Virus record (IMG/VR): IMGVR_UViG_3300023083_000001
Span: 124,001 to 188,000 of that record
Direction: 5' to 3' (one strand)
DNA: 64,000 nt
The position numbers and the translations under genes were made by a program. Positions 46,683-55,757 of the stretch are shown piece by piece; the first letter of the stretch is position 1, and each line of letters begins with the position of its first letter. The notes beneath the pieces are model-generated. The model made no database searches and was not told the DNA's origin. It worked only from the letters and a program-made list of their open reading frames with translations.

Positions 46683-46732
46683 CATACATCGGGGGAGCAA
46701 TCCCCCGATGTATGCTCCATCTTTATTTTTTG
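46683..46732 (+). terminator. 14-bp CATA..TATG hairpin plus delayed U-tract
   Basis: CATACATCGGGGGA-GCAA-TCCCCCGATGTATG...CTTTATTTTTT. Confidence 0.75.
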
Positions 46733-46760
46733 TTGATGATCGTTTATTTAGGAGAATGTC

Positions 46761-47033
46761 GTGAGTCGTAATATCGCCGCCGCCAAGAACTACTTCCAAT
46801 CCCCTGCGTTGTTCTACGTGTTCGTTCTGCAATACACGGACGGCACTGTAAGACAACGGCTGTTGGGGATTACTGAACGCCATTACCAATCCCTACAGCT
46901 CGCTCAGGTGTGGAACAATAACATCAGTCAAGAGCTTACCGCAGTGGAACGCATTGTCGGTACGGACTCAGCGACAGATGCACGTGAAGTGTTGTTGCGT
47001 CTATATGAAGGAATGACCAAAAACGGGAAGTGA
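46761..47033 (+). CDS. Hypothetical protein
   Basis: AGGAG SD, GTG start. Confidence 0.6.
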   Translation: MSRNIAAAKNYFQSPALFYVFVLQYTDGTVRQRLLGITERHYQSLQLAQVWNNNISQELTAVERIVGTDSATDAREVLLRLYEGMTKNGK

Positions 47034-47311
47034 TCATGTTCAAGTTTTCTCAATACAACTTTGGCTTGTCCCGCAATGACTTGATTGAGTTTGAGTTCAA
47101 GGACAAGGAAGAGTTATTTGCTCATTACCTGTTTGCCAATTACGCCAAGCGTACCATCTTCCACCGCTTCTCTCTTAAGGACACACCTAACTACGGTGTG
47201 GTTATCCTGGGGGAGTATTACGGTGGTACTGAGTGGCACAAGCTTGGCCGTATCGAAGGTGACGTGAGTCAGCTCGATATTCCTTTTAACGAAACCAGTT
47301 GGATGGTCTGA
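47030..47311 (+). CDS. Hypothetical protein
   Basis: GTGA overlap, tight operon. Confidence 0.6.
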   Translation: MIMFKFSQYNFGLSRNDLIEFEFKDKEELFAHYLFANYAKRTIFHRFSLKDTPNYGVVILGEYYGGTEWHKLGRIEGDVSQLDIPFNETSWMV

Positions 47312-47803
47312 ATGAAACCTCGTTACGTAGAACTCGCACAATTGCTCGAAGCGATATCCCAAGCTGAAGCAAAAGCCCAGGGTGCCTTTACTCCGGTGCA
47401 TGAAATTCAATACCTGCCCATGGGCGGCGAAGATCAGCGCACCACCAACAGCCACTGGGTTGGTTATCATTTCTTCAAAGAAATCCCTGAGGAGAAAGCT
47501 CGGGTTGTCACAGTTGGTTATGTCACTGGACCGAGGACCTGGGAAGTCTGTGTCGGTCGAGCAGGGGCGTTTAAGGCAGCAGATGGGAGAGCGTCATGGC
47601 CTCGCACCATCCGTAAGGATTCGGTAAGCGATCAGGAACAGATCAGTCAGCCAGACGGCGTTACTAAATCGCTCACCAACTCTGACGGCGAAGATACCAG
47701 CTTGCGGTTCATATTCAGCCTGAAGGAAACAGAGTCAGTTGCCAAACTGGTGACGGCCTTTCTGATCCACTTGGAAATCCCATCAACTCTAAACTACCTG
47801 TAA
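47312..47803 (+). CDS. Hypothetical protein
   Basis: Abuts the previous stop codon. Confidence 0.6.
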   Translation: MKPRYVELAQLLEAISQAEAKAQGAFTPVHEIQYLPMGGEDQRTTNSHWVGYHFFKEIPEEKARVVTVGYVTGPRTWEVCVGRAGAFKAADGRASWPRTIRKDSVSDQEQISQPDGVTKSLTNSDGEDTSLRFIFSLKETESVAKLVTAFLIHLEIPSTLNYL

Positions 47804-47813
47804 GGGTTAGCCA

Positions 47814-48137
47814 ATGAAATTGGTATTTGAAGATCTTCGTAGTTACAGTGAGATTGAAAAAGCAATCTTCCGTCAGGAGAAACTTCGTATTGTCTTTCGT
47901 ACAGATCAAAACGACAAACCTCGCATGGACGGTGTGACCGAACTCGATATTGAGATCACTGACACGATGACTGTGGCAGAAGCAATCTTCGCCATCCGAG
48001 GGGCATTTGTTCGCCGCCCGCCTTTCGCTACACTTATTGGACGTACCGGGATTGTTCCCCATGGGCAAGCGCTGATTAAAGATCTGCGTTTCCGTGAACC
48101 CTTAATGACCCGACTGAAGGAGCAAGGAGATGTTTGA
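47814..48137 (+). CDS. Hypothetical protein, possible beta-grasp fold; paralog of 48558..48863
   Basis: E.A..RQ...R..FR.D.N...TV...G..P.G..LIK shared with the paralog. Confidence 0.6.
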   Translation: MKLVFEDLRSYSEIEKAIFRQEKLRIVFRTDQNDKPRMDGVTELDIEITDTMTVAEAIFAIRGAFVRRPPFATLIGRTGIVPHGQALIKDLRFREPLMTRLKEQGDV

Positions 48138-48540
48138 GCTAAAACAACATTGCGCATTGATTCTTTCAGATAGTCCTGAGACGGATGAACTGATTATCAA
48201 GTCGTATGGGTTTACCGGTACGAAGCGGATCGAAGTTCCTGTGGGTTTTCAATGGCAGAAAGCTTTCCGTAATGAAGAAAGTCACGACATTTACATCGTC
48301 CGGCTTGATGAACAGGACCTGGATTGGCTGAGTCGTTTTGGCTTCTCTGGTACTAGAGAAGGTATCTGGACGGCCACCGGTGAAATCTACAAACGTTACT
48401 TCATTCCAGAGGATGGTAGACGACCTGAGACAATGGATGTCTGGTTCGACATCGTAGCCGTCGGCACTCCTAACGTACTGGTCCTCAAGAAGCGGCGTGG
48501 CACGGACGTTACTCCAGATTGGTTTATCACCCGTCCCTGA
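48130..48540 (+). CDS. Hypothetical protein
   Basis: Overlapping member of the operon. Confidence 0.6.
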   Translation: MFELKQHCALILSDSPETDELIIKSYGFTGTKRIEVPVGFQWQKAFRNEESHDIYIVRLDEQDLDWLSRFGFSGTREGIWTATGEIYKRYFIPEDGRRPETMDVWFDIVAVGTPNVLVLKKRRGTDVTPDWFITRP

Positions 48541-48557
48541 TTCAGAGGAGAATGAAA

Positions 48558-48863
48558 ATGTCTGACCTCAATCTCACCGTTGAGAACTGCATGACGCTGG
48601 ATGCACTTGAATCTGCCTTGATCCGTCAAGTAGGCATTCGTGTGATCTTCCGCTCTGATCGCAACACAATTATCCACGATCCTAAGTACGCTTCGGAATG
48701 TCTGAACTACGAGTTAGACCTTGAAGGGGCGACAGTAGGAAGCTGGCGTGAATGGATTACTCGAGCTACGGGTAGTACACCGGTGTTCGTTTCTCCACGG
48801 GGTGTGATTCCCGCTGGACACACTCTGATCAAGAGTATCCAGTTCCCACCGATCGGTGACTGA
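48558..48863 (+). CDS. Hypothetical protein, paralog of 47814..48137
   Basis: GAGGAG SD before ATG 48558; shared motifs. Confidence 0.6.
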   Translation: MSDLNLTVENCMTLDALESALIRQVGIRVIFRSDRNTIIHDPKYASECLNYELDLEGATVGSWREWITRATGSTPVFVSPRGVIPAGHTLIKSIQFPPIGD

Positions 48864-48869
48864 TGCAAA

Positions 48870-48909
48870 CACCAGGGCTTCGGCCCTGGTGATACACTTC
48901 TTTTTTTGT
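48870..48909 (+). terminator. Terminator with TACACTTCTTTTTTT tail
   Basis: CACCAGGGC-TTCG-GCCCTGGTG then ATACACTTCTTTTTTTG. Confidence 0.85.
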
Positions 48910-49017
48910 TTTGTTATGACCTACTGAGAGCTTCTCTAAGCCTCTTCTTTACATTACAGCCATACTGATCGGTTGTTTAGTTTATAATGCCTTAGGATTG
49001 ATTGCAGAAGGCCATAG

Positions 49018-49053
49018 GGCATAAAGCCCGGCACTAGGCCGGGCAGTATGTTG
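49018..49053 (-). terminator. CATA..TATG-type hairpin after the tube gene
   Basis: GGCATAAA-GCCCGGC-ACTAG-GCCGGGC-AGTATG. Confidence 0.65.
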
Positions 49054-49060
49054 AGTCGTG

Positions 49061-49927
49061 TTACGGTGTAACCAGTTGACGCTTGAGGTTGACGATCTGC
49101 TCGCTGTAACCAACGTTGCTGATCGCCGTGACATTGCTGTCCACCGCAGAGATGAAGTTCGGCTGGTACTGAGGATCGATACCGGTAACACGAACAGCGT
49201 CCATGAACGATTGAGCCAGCTTGTCCACCGCGTAACCCACTTTCTGCCAGCCAGTCCAGGTCAGGTTGTAGGTGACGGTTTCGCCGTCTGCCTGCATTTG
49301 ACGCGAACCAGTGTTCTCACCGATGTCGCCAGTGATCCAGAAGTTGGTGATCAGCCAAGCGCGCTGAACTTTACGGAAGGTCTTGTCTGGCTCGTAAGCC
49401 AAGATAGTACCGCCGTACATGTCGGCCAGCTGGTCGGTGAATGCGTCGGTTACGCCAGAAAGCAGCGCATGGCCAACGTCAGGGTCACCAATCAGGTAAC
49501 GCGTCATGTCTTCCAGGAAGCGGATGACCGGCATGTTGTCTTTCTCAACAACGGTGCTGGTGATCTGCGAACGTGCACGGGATACACGGGACGGAGTCTG
49601 GAAGACCTCGCCTGCTTGACCCAGCTGCGTTTCCTGGTTAGCAACGTTCAACGTCTTGTTGAAGCCAGTCCAAGACTGCATCATGTTTTCGATGAGGTTC
49701 TTGTACGCCGCGATGTACTCGGTGGCGTTTGGCATCAACGTCAGGCCAACCGGCGCCTGCAAGACCTTGATGATCATCGGCTTACGGATGTAGTCCGTGG
49801 CCGACGGGTAATACGCCAGGTCCGTGATGTAACCATTCTGACCCTGGACACCCAGGTTAGTGATCGGCATCTGGGCGTTTTTGGCGTACGCTTTGTTCGC
49901 GATCTGCGTATCCTTATAGCGTGCCAT
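49061..49927 (-). CDS. Tail tube protein (phiKZ gp30-like)
   Basis: 288 aa directly after the sheath gene (TAATG overlap, GAGGAGG SD); EPD...V.RAWLITN motif. Confidence 0.85.
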   Translation of the reverse strand: MARYKDTQIANKAYAKNAQMPITNLGVQGQNGYITDLAYYPSATDYIRKPMIIKVLQAPVGLTLMPNATEYIAAYKNLIENMMQSWTGFNKTLNVANQETQLGQAGEVFQTPSRVSRARSQITSTVVEKDNMPVIRFLEDMTRYLIGDPDVGHALLSGVTDAFTDQLADMYGGTILAYEPDKTFRKVQRAWLITNFWITGDIGENTGSRQMQADGETVTYNLTWTGWQKVGYAVDKLAQSFMDAVRVTGIDPQYQPNFISAVDSNVTAISNVGYSEQIVNLKRQLVTP

Positions 49928-52005
49928 TATGCAGCCTCCTCAGTCCGGCGACGTTGAGCAATGATCGCCAGATTTTCAACTGTGCGGATGTTCTCGCCAG
50001 CCATTGCGATATCCAGGTGCCATGGGAAGCCCAACGCTTCGTCCAACGCGGTGTAGTAGGCATTCGGGGTAACATCAACCCGATTGTCATACTTACCGGT
50101 GGTCTTGACGGTGACCTTGTCGTTGACCATGTCCAGGAACTGGTCATCGGTCAGTTGCGAATCGCCTGACATTTCACGCCACACGATGTTGCCGATGCGG
50201 GTGAGGTTGCACGCGATCTGCACGTTGAGGTACGAATGCAACACCGAAGTGTGGTCTTCGTAGATCGACTGCATGCCAGCCCAGAACAGACGGGACATGT
50301 CGTAGAACTCAGCGTAGTTCAGGCCGTTAGCCCAATCGGTGTTACGCACGCTGTCGTCGCGAGTGGTCGCGTTGTGGTTGCGATAACGCGTGACGATGTT
50401 TTGCTCACCACGACCGAAGGCGTAGGTGTTGTTCATCTCGCCGTTCTCAGCGCCCATGTAACGAGCACCCAGGATGAGAATGAATTCCAGGAACGGAACC
50501 AGGCCATCGTAGTTGTCGTTGATCAGGTAGCCGGCGTTCGAGAACATCGCAACGCGGCACGCCTTGGTGCCGAACTCAGCCGATTCCGAGATTGCACGGA
50601 AGTGCGAGCGCAGCGTAACGGCGATCGACGCATCTTGCGATGGCGTGTTGATCGCTTTGCTCACGTCCTGTGTGCAAACGTGTGGATACACGTCTGGACG
50701 CAGCGCCAGGAAGTTCGCAAACTTCTTCTTGGTGTCCACAGGGAAACCCGAGTCCCAGATCGAATCGTACGGCATGCGCGCGATGTTCTTGAACGGGATT
50801 TCAGACGTAGCAACGCCGTCGAGCATTTCGTCGAACACGGTGTTGAAGTTAGCTGCGGAGACGTCACCGTCAGCACCGCCCACCATGTAGTGGTTGCTCA
50901 TCTCGCCGAACAACAGACCGCCTTGCGCAGGACCTTCAACAACGAAGGTAGCGTAAGGGTTGCCGTTGATGTCAACGCCGGTCAGGAAGTTGAACAGGTT
51001 GACGTCAGCAAACTCTTCACCGGTGTGCGCAGCTTCGAGAGCAGCGAACTTGGTGAGCATTTCTGCGATTTCGTCGTTGTAGACGTGGATCTTTTCGAAC
51101 GGACCGAAACCGGTGAAGTTAGCTTCATCAGTCGATTCGTACGAAGGGATGATCTTCTTGTCCACGTAGAACTCGACTTCGGTATCGAGGTCGATAGTCC
51201 CTTTCTTGAACGAGAAGTCCACGAAGCCATCGCCACCCAGGGTACGAGTAACCTGTGCAGTCGATTTGGCCGAAGCGCGGCTAACCACTTGCATGCGATA
51301 CAAGAACGCACCCAGGGTTTCTTGCAGCTCTTCGTCAGCAGCATCGACGCTGTTGATGGTCGGTGCGATCAGACGGAAACCGAGGTTGTCGCCCTTACCG
51401 CCAACGAAGCGAGCCAGCACGTCGGACACCGGCGTCTGTACAGACAGGCTACCGTCTGCGGCAACCATCGTGCCTTCAGTGGTGTTAGCCGAACCAAAGC
51501 TCGAGGTTGGGTCTTCAGCAGAAACCGGACCGATGGCCACTTTACGCCACTGAGCACGGATACCCGGAATGGTTTCGCCGGTAGGGATCTTCTCACCCTG
51601 TGCGTTCAGCTTCAGGCTGTTATCGCCGTTACGCTCGTACAGTGGAACCACGTCTTCAACGTAGTCCAACACAAGACGAGCACCCGACTGCTTAGCACCC
51701 GGTGCGCGCAGACCCACGAACAGACATTTGCCGCCGGCAGTAAAGTGCGAGCGGATGAACTGCGATTGGTGGGTGAAGAAGGGAGACTTCGGATTGAGGA
51801 TCTCGCCACCGTACAGCAGAGTGAGCGAAGAAGCATCCACGTAGCGAGCACGGTTGGTTTCACCCCAAGGAGCGAAACTTGCAAACAAAGGAAGACGAAT
51901 CGGTAGAGACTCGGACGGCATGGCGATGTTAACCGCCCCCTCGTCCTTAATGCCTCGGAACTCAGTCCTTGGCAAAGAGCTGTAAGCACTTACATTGGTG
52001 GACAT
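49927..52005 (-). CDS. Tail sheath protein (phiKZ gp29-like)
   Basis: 692 aa; GIKDEG...LP.F, GG.DG, WDSGFP..TK; strong codon bias; synteny. Confidence 0.9.
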   Translation of the reverse strand: MSTNVSAYSSLPRTEFRGIKDEGAVNIAMPSESLPIRLPLFASFAPWGETNRARYVDASSLTLLYGGEILNPKSPFFTHQSQFIRSHFTAGGKCLFVGLRAPGAKQSGARLVLDYVEDVVPLYERNGDNSLKLNAQGEKIPTGETIPGIRAQWRKVAIGPVSAEDPTSSFGSANTTEGTMVAADGSLSVQTPVSDVLARFVGGKGDNLGFRLIAPTINSVDAADEELQETLGAFLYRMQVVSRASAKSTAQVTRTLGGDGFVDFSFKKGTIDLDTEVEFYVDKKIIPSYESTDEANFTGFGPFEKIHVYNDEIAEMLTKFAALEAAHTGEEFADVNLFNFLTGVDINGNPYATFVVEGPAQGGLLFGEMSNHYMVGGADGDVSAANFNTVFDEMLDGVATSEIPFKNIARMPYDSIWDSGFPVDTKKKFANFLALRPDVYPHVCTQDVSKAINTPSQDASIAVTLRSHFRAISESAEFGTKACRVAMFSNAGYLINDNYDGLVPFLEFILILGARYMGAENGEMNNTYAFGRGEQNIVTRYRNHNATTRDDSVRNTDWANGLNYAEFYDMSRLFWAGMQSIYEDHTSVLHSYLNVQIACNLTRIGNIVWREMSGDSQLTDDQFLDMVNDKVTVKTTGKYDNRVDVTPNAYYTALDEALGFPWHLDIAMAGENIRTVENLAIIAQRRRTEEAA

Positions 52006-52024
52006 CAGGAGTTACTCCCAAACA

Positions 52025-52119
52025 TGTTCTGCGCAGAACAGTGAAATCGAGGAATGTTATGGCCAGCAAACTCCAGCCAGGCGTATAGCCTAACATGTGG
52101 AGTCAGCATAGTATTTTTT
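52025..52119. promoter_or_regulatory. Divergent control region: 16-bp palindrome and face-to-face TATG motifs
   Basis: TGTTCTGCGCAGAACA at 52025-52040; GAATGTTATG on + (TATG 52058); AAAAAATACTATG on - (CATA 52107-52110). Confidence 0.45.
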
Positions 52120-52178
52120 GTTTCTGTTTACAGCAGCAATTGTAACTTTTTAACTTACATAGGTAGGAGACAAGAACA

Positions 52179-53081
52179 ATGTTCGAGACCCCATATCAGA
52201 CCACACCTTGCAAGCGTTTTTCTTTGGAGAAAGCTGCCACTGGGGTCCGTAAACTGGAAATCAACGATGAGCTGTTGCAACCGCCTGGTGCACATACCGG
52301 TGTGAAGATCATTCCACCTGGTCTGGGTGACTTCCCGCCGTTTCAGCAACCCATCACAAAATCTGAAATCCCAACCCTTGAAGCATCCGTGGTTCTCGAT
52401 GGCCGTCAGCTATTAAGAGCCGATGGTCGGGCAGTAAAAGAAGACGTACTCAACCACGCTGTCCTTTCTGCCAACCTGACCTCCATGTGGATCGATGGCG
52501 GCGCAGCCATGCGTAAGGACATGCTCAACCTCGGTGAGTTTCCAGCCAAGGTGTTTGGTTCATGGTTGGGTCAGGCGTTGGCATTGCGTTTGAGTCTCGA
52601 CCTTGGTCAGTCCGCAATGTTGCGTGCCGTGACTTCTATTTATTACATCCAGCTGTTTGATCCGCTGCCGGAGAATGCCACTGACGATGACCGCGACAAG
52701 ATCTTGATCCGCGCTGTCAGGTCAACGCCTGGTGTGGATTATGACACCTTGCTGGGTATCCTCGGAACAATCCCGGTGTTGAGCGATATCAACGATTACG
52801 TCGCGTATGTGAAGAAAGTCATCGACTCTCCACGCACCGAACAATTGAACATTTCGCTCATCTACACAGCACTGGGACACAGCTGGGGTCCACAGTATCG
52901 GGAAGCCGTCGCTGTGGCATTGGAATACCCACCTATTTTTCTGTCTCTGGTCTACACCACCTGCAAGCAACGCAGCTACACCAAGACAGGTCTGGGTAAG
53001 ATTATTGAACGCGTGGTCTATCGCGACAATGACCGTGAGTTCGTCAAGAACGTCAATCACCTAACGGGTACTGTGGGGTAA
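52179..53081 (+). CDS. Virion structural protein (phiKZ gp28-like)
   Basis: MF.TPY.TT start and ALEYPP.F; divergent from the sheath gene, as in phiKZ. Confidence 0.7.
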   Translation: MFETPYQTTPCKRFSLEKAATGVRKLEINDELLQPPGAHTGVKIIPPGLGDFPPFQQPITKSEIPTLEASVVLDGRQLLRADGRAVKEDVLNHAVLSANLTSMWIDGGAAMRKDMLNLGEFPAKVFGSWLGQALALRLSLDLGQSAMLRAVTSIYYIQLFDPLPENATDDDRDKILIRAVRSTPGVDYDTLLGILGTIPVLSDINDYVAYVKKVIDSPRTEQLNISLIYTALGHSWGPQYREAVAVALEYPPIFLSLVYTTCKQRSYTKTGLGKIIERVVYRDNDREFVKNVNHLTGTVG

Positions 53082-53084
53082 CAC

Positions 53085-55712
53085 ATGGTCAGTTCAACCG
53101 ACTTTCTGGTCGATCATGCGTACCGAAATGTCTGGTGTTCGCCCAGTCAGGATCGGCAGCATATCGTGGCTCCGAAACGAGTCACCAAGCGTAATGGTGC
53201 GATAGCAAACGTTTCGATCGGGATGCGGGTGTGGAACTTACCTTCTCCTACCGACTGGTACCACGTCTTTGCCATCGGAGACCTCCCACCTGAATTGGTG
53301 GGGATGGAACAGATCAAGGATAAGTGGGTATCGGCACGGGGTCATTCGATTGCAACTTCGTTGTTGATTGACACGTACCTGAATAACGGCTTGCGCATTC
53401 CTACGATGCACGTCTACTTCCTGTACACCTACGGCGGCTCAATGATGGTGGCTATTAAAGACACCAAGCAAGTAGCTGACCTGGGTATCGTGCAGCCGTT
53501 CATTCGCTGGCGCAGTAGTTCGTACTTTGATGACCCTACCAGCTCCATCCCGAAGAACAGTGGGATTGAGATCGAAGGGATTACGCCGGCTACACAAGCG
53601 GCGTTCAGCCTCTTTCAAGCGAAGTGGCGTGCTGCCAAGTTAAAACCCGGTTATGCCATGGCGTACGTCAATGGTCGTCGGGTCAAGGACCTGAACGCTA
53701 CCACTGTCAAGTTGGGCGACCACATCGAGTATGTCCGTGACGCTTCTGTGAAAGAAGTCATGGAGATCAAACTCAAGGCGCTGAAATCATTCGACAGTAT
53801 CCGGGACAACAAAGGGAAGTACCTGATCCCTCGTCCTGGTCTGGGTGTCGAGATCGACTACGCTGATGATGTCGATGTGTTCCTGTTAAACTACAAGTTG
53901 GCTGCGGCGTATAACGGCCTGTACTACAACCAGAACCAAGTCGACGCAGTACGGATGGTGACTCACCGCGATTATTCGCTGCCGAGCACGTACGTAAACA
54001 GTCTGGTCAACATGACGGCTGACTGGATCTGGAATGACGACCTGCGCGCTGAAGTGATCGTTCGCCACAGCGGATGGAAACGTAAGTTGGTGGATGAGGC
54101 TCACCGGATCAAGGAGTTGTTCAAACTCCCCGAAGCTAAACGTCTGGATGCAATGATCGGTACACAATCGGTCAGCGTCTGGAAAGCTGCGGAACTGGAA
54201 AACAGCCCTTATGTCAAACTCATGGGCGCTGCTGACGGTACGATCACTCGCGGTATGGTCGAACAGGCGTATGGTTACAATGCCATCTCTCGCCTGATTG
54301 GCGACACTCCGTTTAAGATCCCTGCTCCAAATAACGGTTGGGTACAACTACCTCGTGGTCTGTGGGAACTGTCCACGGTCTTCGAATACGACACTGCGGG
54401 TAAGTTGATCAACTGGTACGTCCACGACAACTCGTTGCAGTACCCGATCCGTAACCCATTGACCTGCCGTTACATCGAAGCTTACTCAGGTCGGGGCGGG
54501 ATTGGTTTGACCACGGTCTACGACAAGAAGGTCGTGCCACTGACTACGGGTGTTGACTACCGCTATTACCAGGCGGACATCAACAACGGTGTACCCAAGA
54601 ACAACTGGAAAGATGTCACAGGCGATACCAAGTACGTCACAGTTGCTAATGGCGTAGCTACGTGGAATGTGGACCTGACTAAGAACAACGTGGCTGTGAA
54701 GAACTCGCAGAACTTCCTGGCGTACACGGTTGATCTGAACTACCAAGACGACCTGTTGGCGTTTAGCGTCAATGCAACGGAAATCAAGGTAGGGTTGGTT
54801 CCTGGTGGTGGTGTCTTGGACATTCCTCCAGGGCAGATGGATATCTTCCTCAATGGACATGGTCTGGTCTACAATGTGGACTACTACATCGAGTGGCCGA
54901 TGGTCTGCATCGTTAACAAATCGTACCTGATCGACGGTCCGGTGCAGAAGGTTACCGTTCGTGGTCGTGGGTTCTGTAACACGGACTTGACGTTGGAACA
55001 TGTCAAGGATTCAGGTTGGGTCAAATACGGTCAGATCAGTCACAACGCAGCCTTCAACGTGCGTGATGACAAAGTCACCGTGGTTGAGATCGCCGGCGCG
55101 ATCTACGACCGCTCGGAAGTGAAGTTCAGTGAAGACGGTTTGCAAGTGATGACGACAGTCCTCAATGGATCGCCGTATCAGATCAAGCAGCCGATCATTC
55201 CGATGATGGGTTACACGGATACCGACACGTACACATTGCGTGCTCAAGCTGAAGCGATTGATGCTGAAGTGGAAGGGTATCTGTCCATCGGTTTGCCTGA
55301 ACCTAAACCTACCGGTCCTAATCCGATCCCGGCCTGGTACGCAGTCTTCAGTCCATTCACCACGAAGTTGATCTGGGACATGCTCAACGGCATCTTGCCG
55401 ATGGATGAGTTCAAGGGCGAGTACAGTCTGGACTTCCTCAAGGAAAGGCTGATTGGGTATGAGTGGATCTTGCAGTTTGATCCCGCTCTTAAAGGTGTCG
55501 ATGAGAATTACATCGTCATCGATCCACACCCTGAATCTGTTCCGATTGAGCTGAACATCTACCAGTACCGGCTGCTGGATCGTGCTCTCCAGGTTTTCCT
55601 CAACAATAACGTGACTCTGAACCGCCATACCGTCATCGTTGAAGAAGGCTTTGAACACGAGACTGATGACCACCCACATCCGCACCGCACGTGGGAAGAA
55701 GTCGGAGCATAA
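53085..55712 (+). CDS. Virion structural/baseplate protein (phiKZ gp27-like)
   Basis: 875 aa; NVWCSP.QD.Q, MVTHRDYS, YGYNA; synteny. Confidence 0.72.
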   Translation: MVSSTDFLVDHAYRNVWCSPSQDRQHIVAPKRVTKRNGAIANVSIGMRVWNLPSPTDWYHVFAIGDLPPELVGMEQIKDKWVSARGHSIATSLLIDTYLNNGLRIPTMHVYFLYTYGGSMMVAIKDTKQVADLGIVQPFIRWRSSSYFDDPTSSIPKNSGIEIEGITPATQAAFSLFQAKWRAAKLKPGYAMAYVNGRRVKDLNATTVKLGDHIEYVRDASVKEVMEIKLKALKSFDSIRDNKGKYLIPRPGLGVEIDYADDVDVFLLNYKLAAAYNGLYYNQNQVDAVRMVTHRDYSLPSTYVNSLVNMTADWIWNDDLRAEVIVRHSGWKRKLVDEAHRIKELFKLPEAKRLDAMIGTQSVSVWKAAELENSPYVKLMGAADGTITRGMVEQAYGYNAISRLIGDTPFKIPAPNNGWVQLPRGLWELSTVFEYDTAGKLINWYVHDNSLQYPIRNPLTCRYIEAYSGRGGIGLTTVYDKKVVPLTTGVDYRYYQADINNGVPKNNWKDVTGDTKYVTVANGVATWNVDLTKNNVAVKNSQNFLAYTVDLNYQDDLLAFSVNATEIKVGLVPGGGVLDIPPGQMDIFLNGHGLVYNVDYYIEWPMVCIVNKSYLIDGPVQKVTVRGRGFCNTDLTLEHVKDSGWVKYGQISHNAAFNVRDDKVTVVEIAGAIYDRSEVKFSEDGLQVMTTVLNGSPYQIKQPIIPMMGYTDTDTYTLRAQAEAIDAEVEGYLSIGLPEPKPTGPNPIPAWYAVFSPFTTKLIWDMLNGILPMDEFKGEYSLDFLKERLIGYEWILQFDPALKGVDENYIVIDPHPESVPIELNIYQYRLLDRALQVFLNNNVTLNRHTVIVEEGFEHETDDHPHPHRTWEEVGA

Positions 55713-55757
55713 ACCCAAGGAGCAGGTAATCCTGCTCCTCACATCGAGTTAGAGATT

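Noticed and set aside
45996-46889. 297-aa - strand ORF
   Set aside because: Crosses three + genes and a terminator; shadow of the codon-biased 46164..46625 gene
45619-47803. Possible distant paralogy between 45619..46068 and 47312..47803
   Set aside because: Only similar size and a shared terminal EIP; insufficient without a profile comparison
48910-49017. About 110-bp gap between two terminators as a possible sRNA or small ORF
   Set aside because: No credible ORF with SD and only a weak AGAG/CTCT stem; cannot be supported
50236-51906. 556-aa + strand ORF opposite the sheath gene (also 49058..49957)
   Set aside because: In-register antisense shadow produced by strong codon bias of sheath and tube; no SD and atypical composition
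55718-55739. Hairpin AGGAGCAGG-TAAT-CCTGCTCCT as a terminator
   Set aside because: Has neither a U-tract nor downstream TATG and lies inside an operon; more likely a stability element
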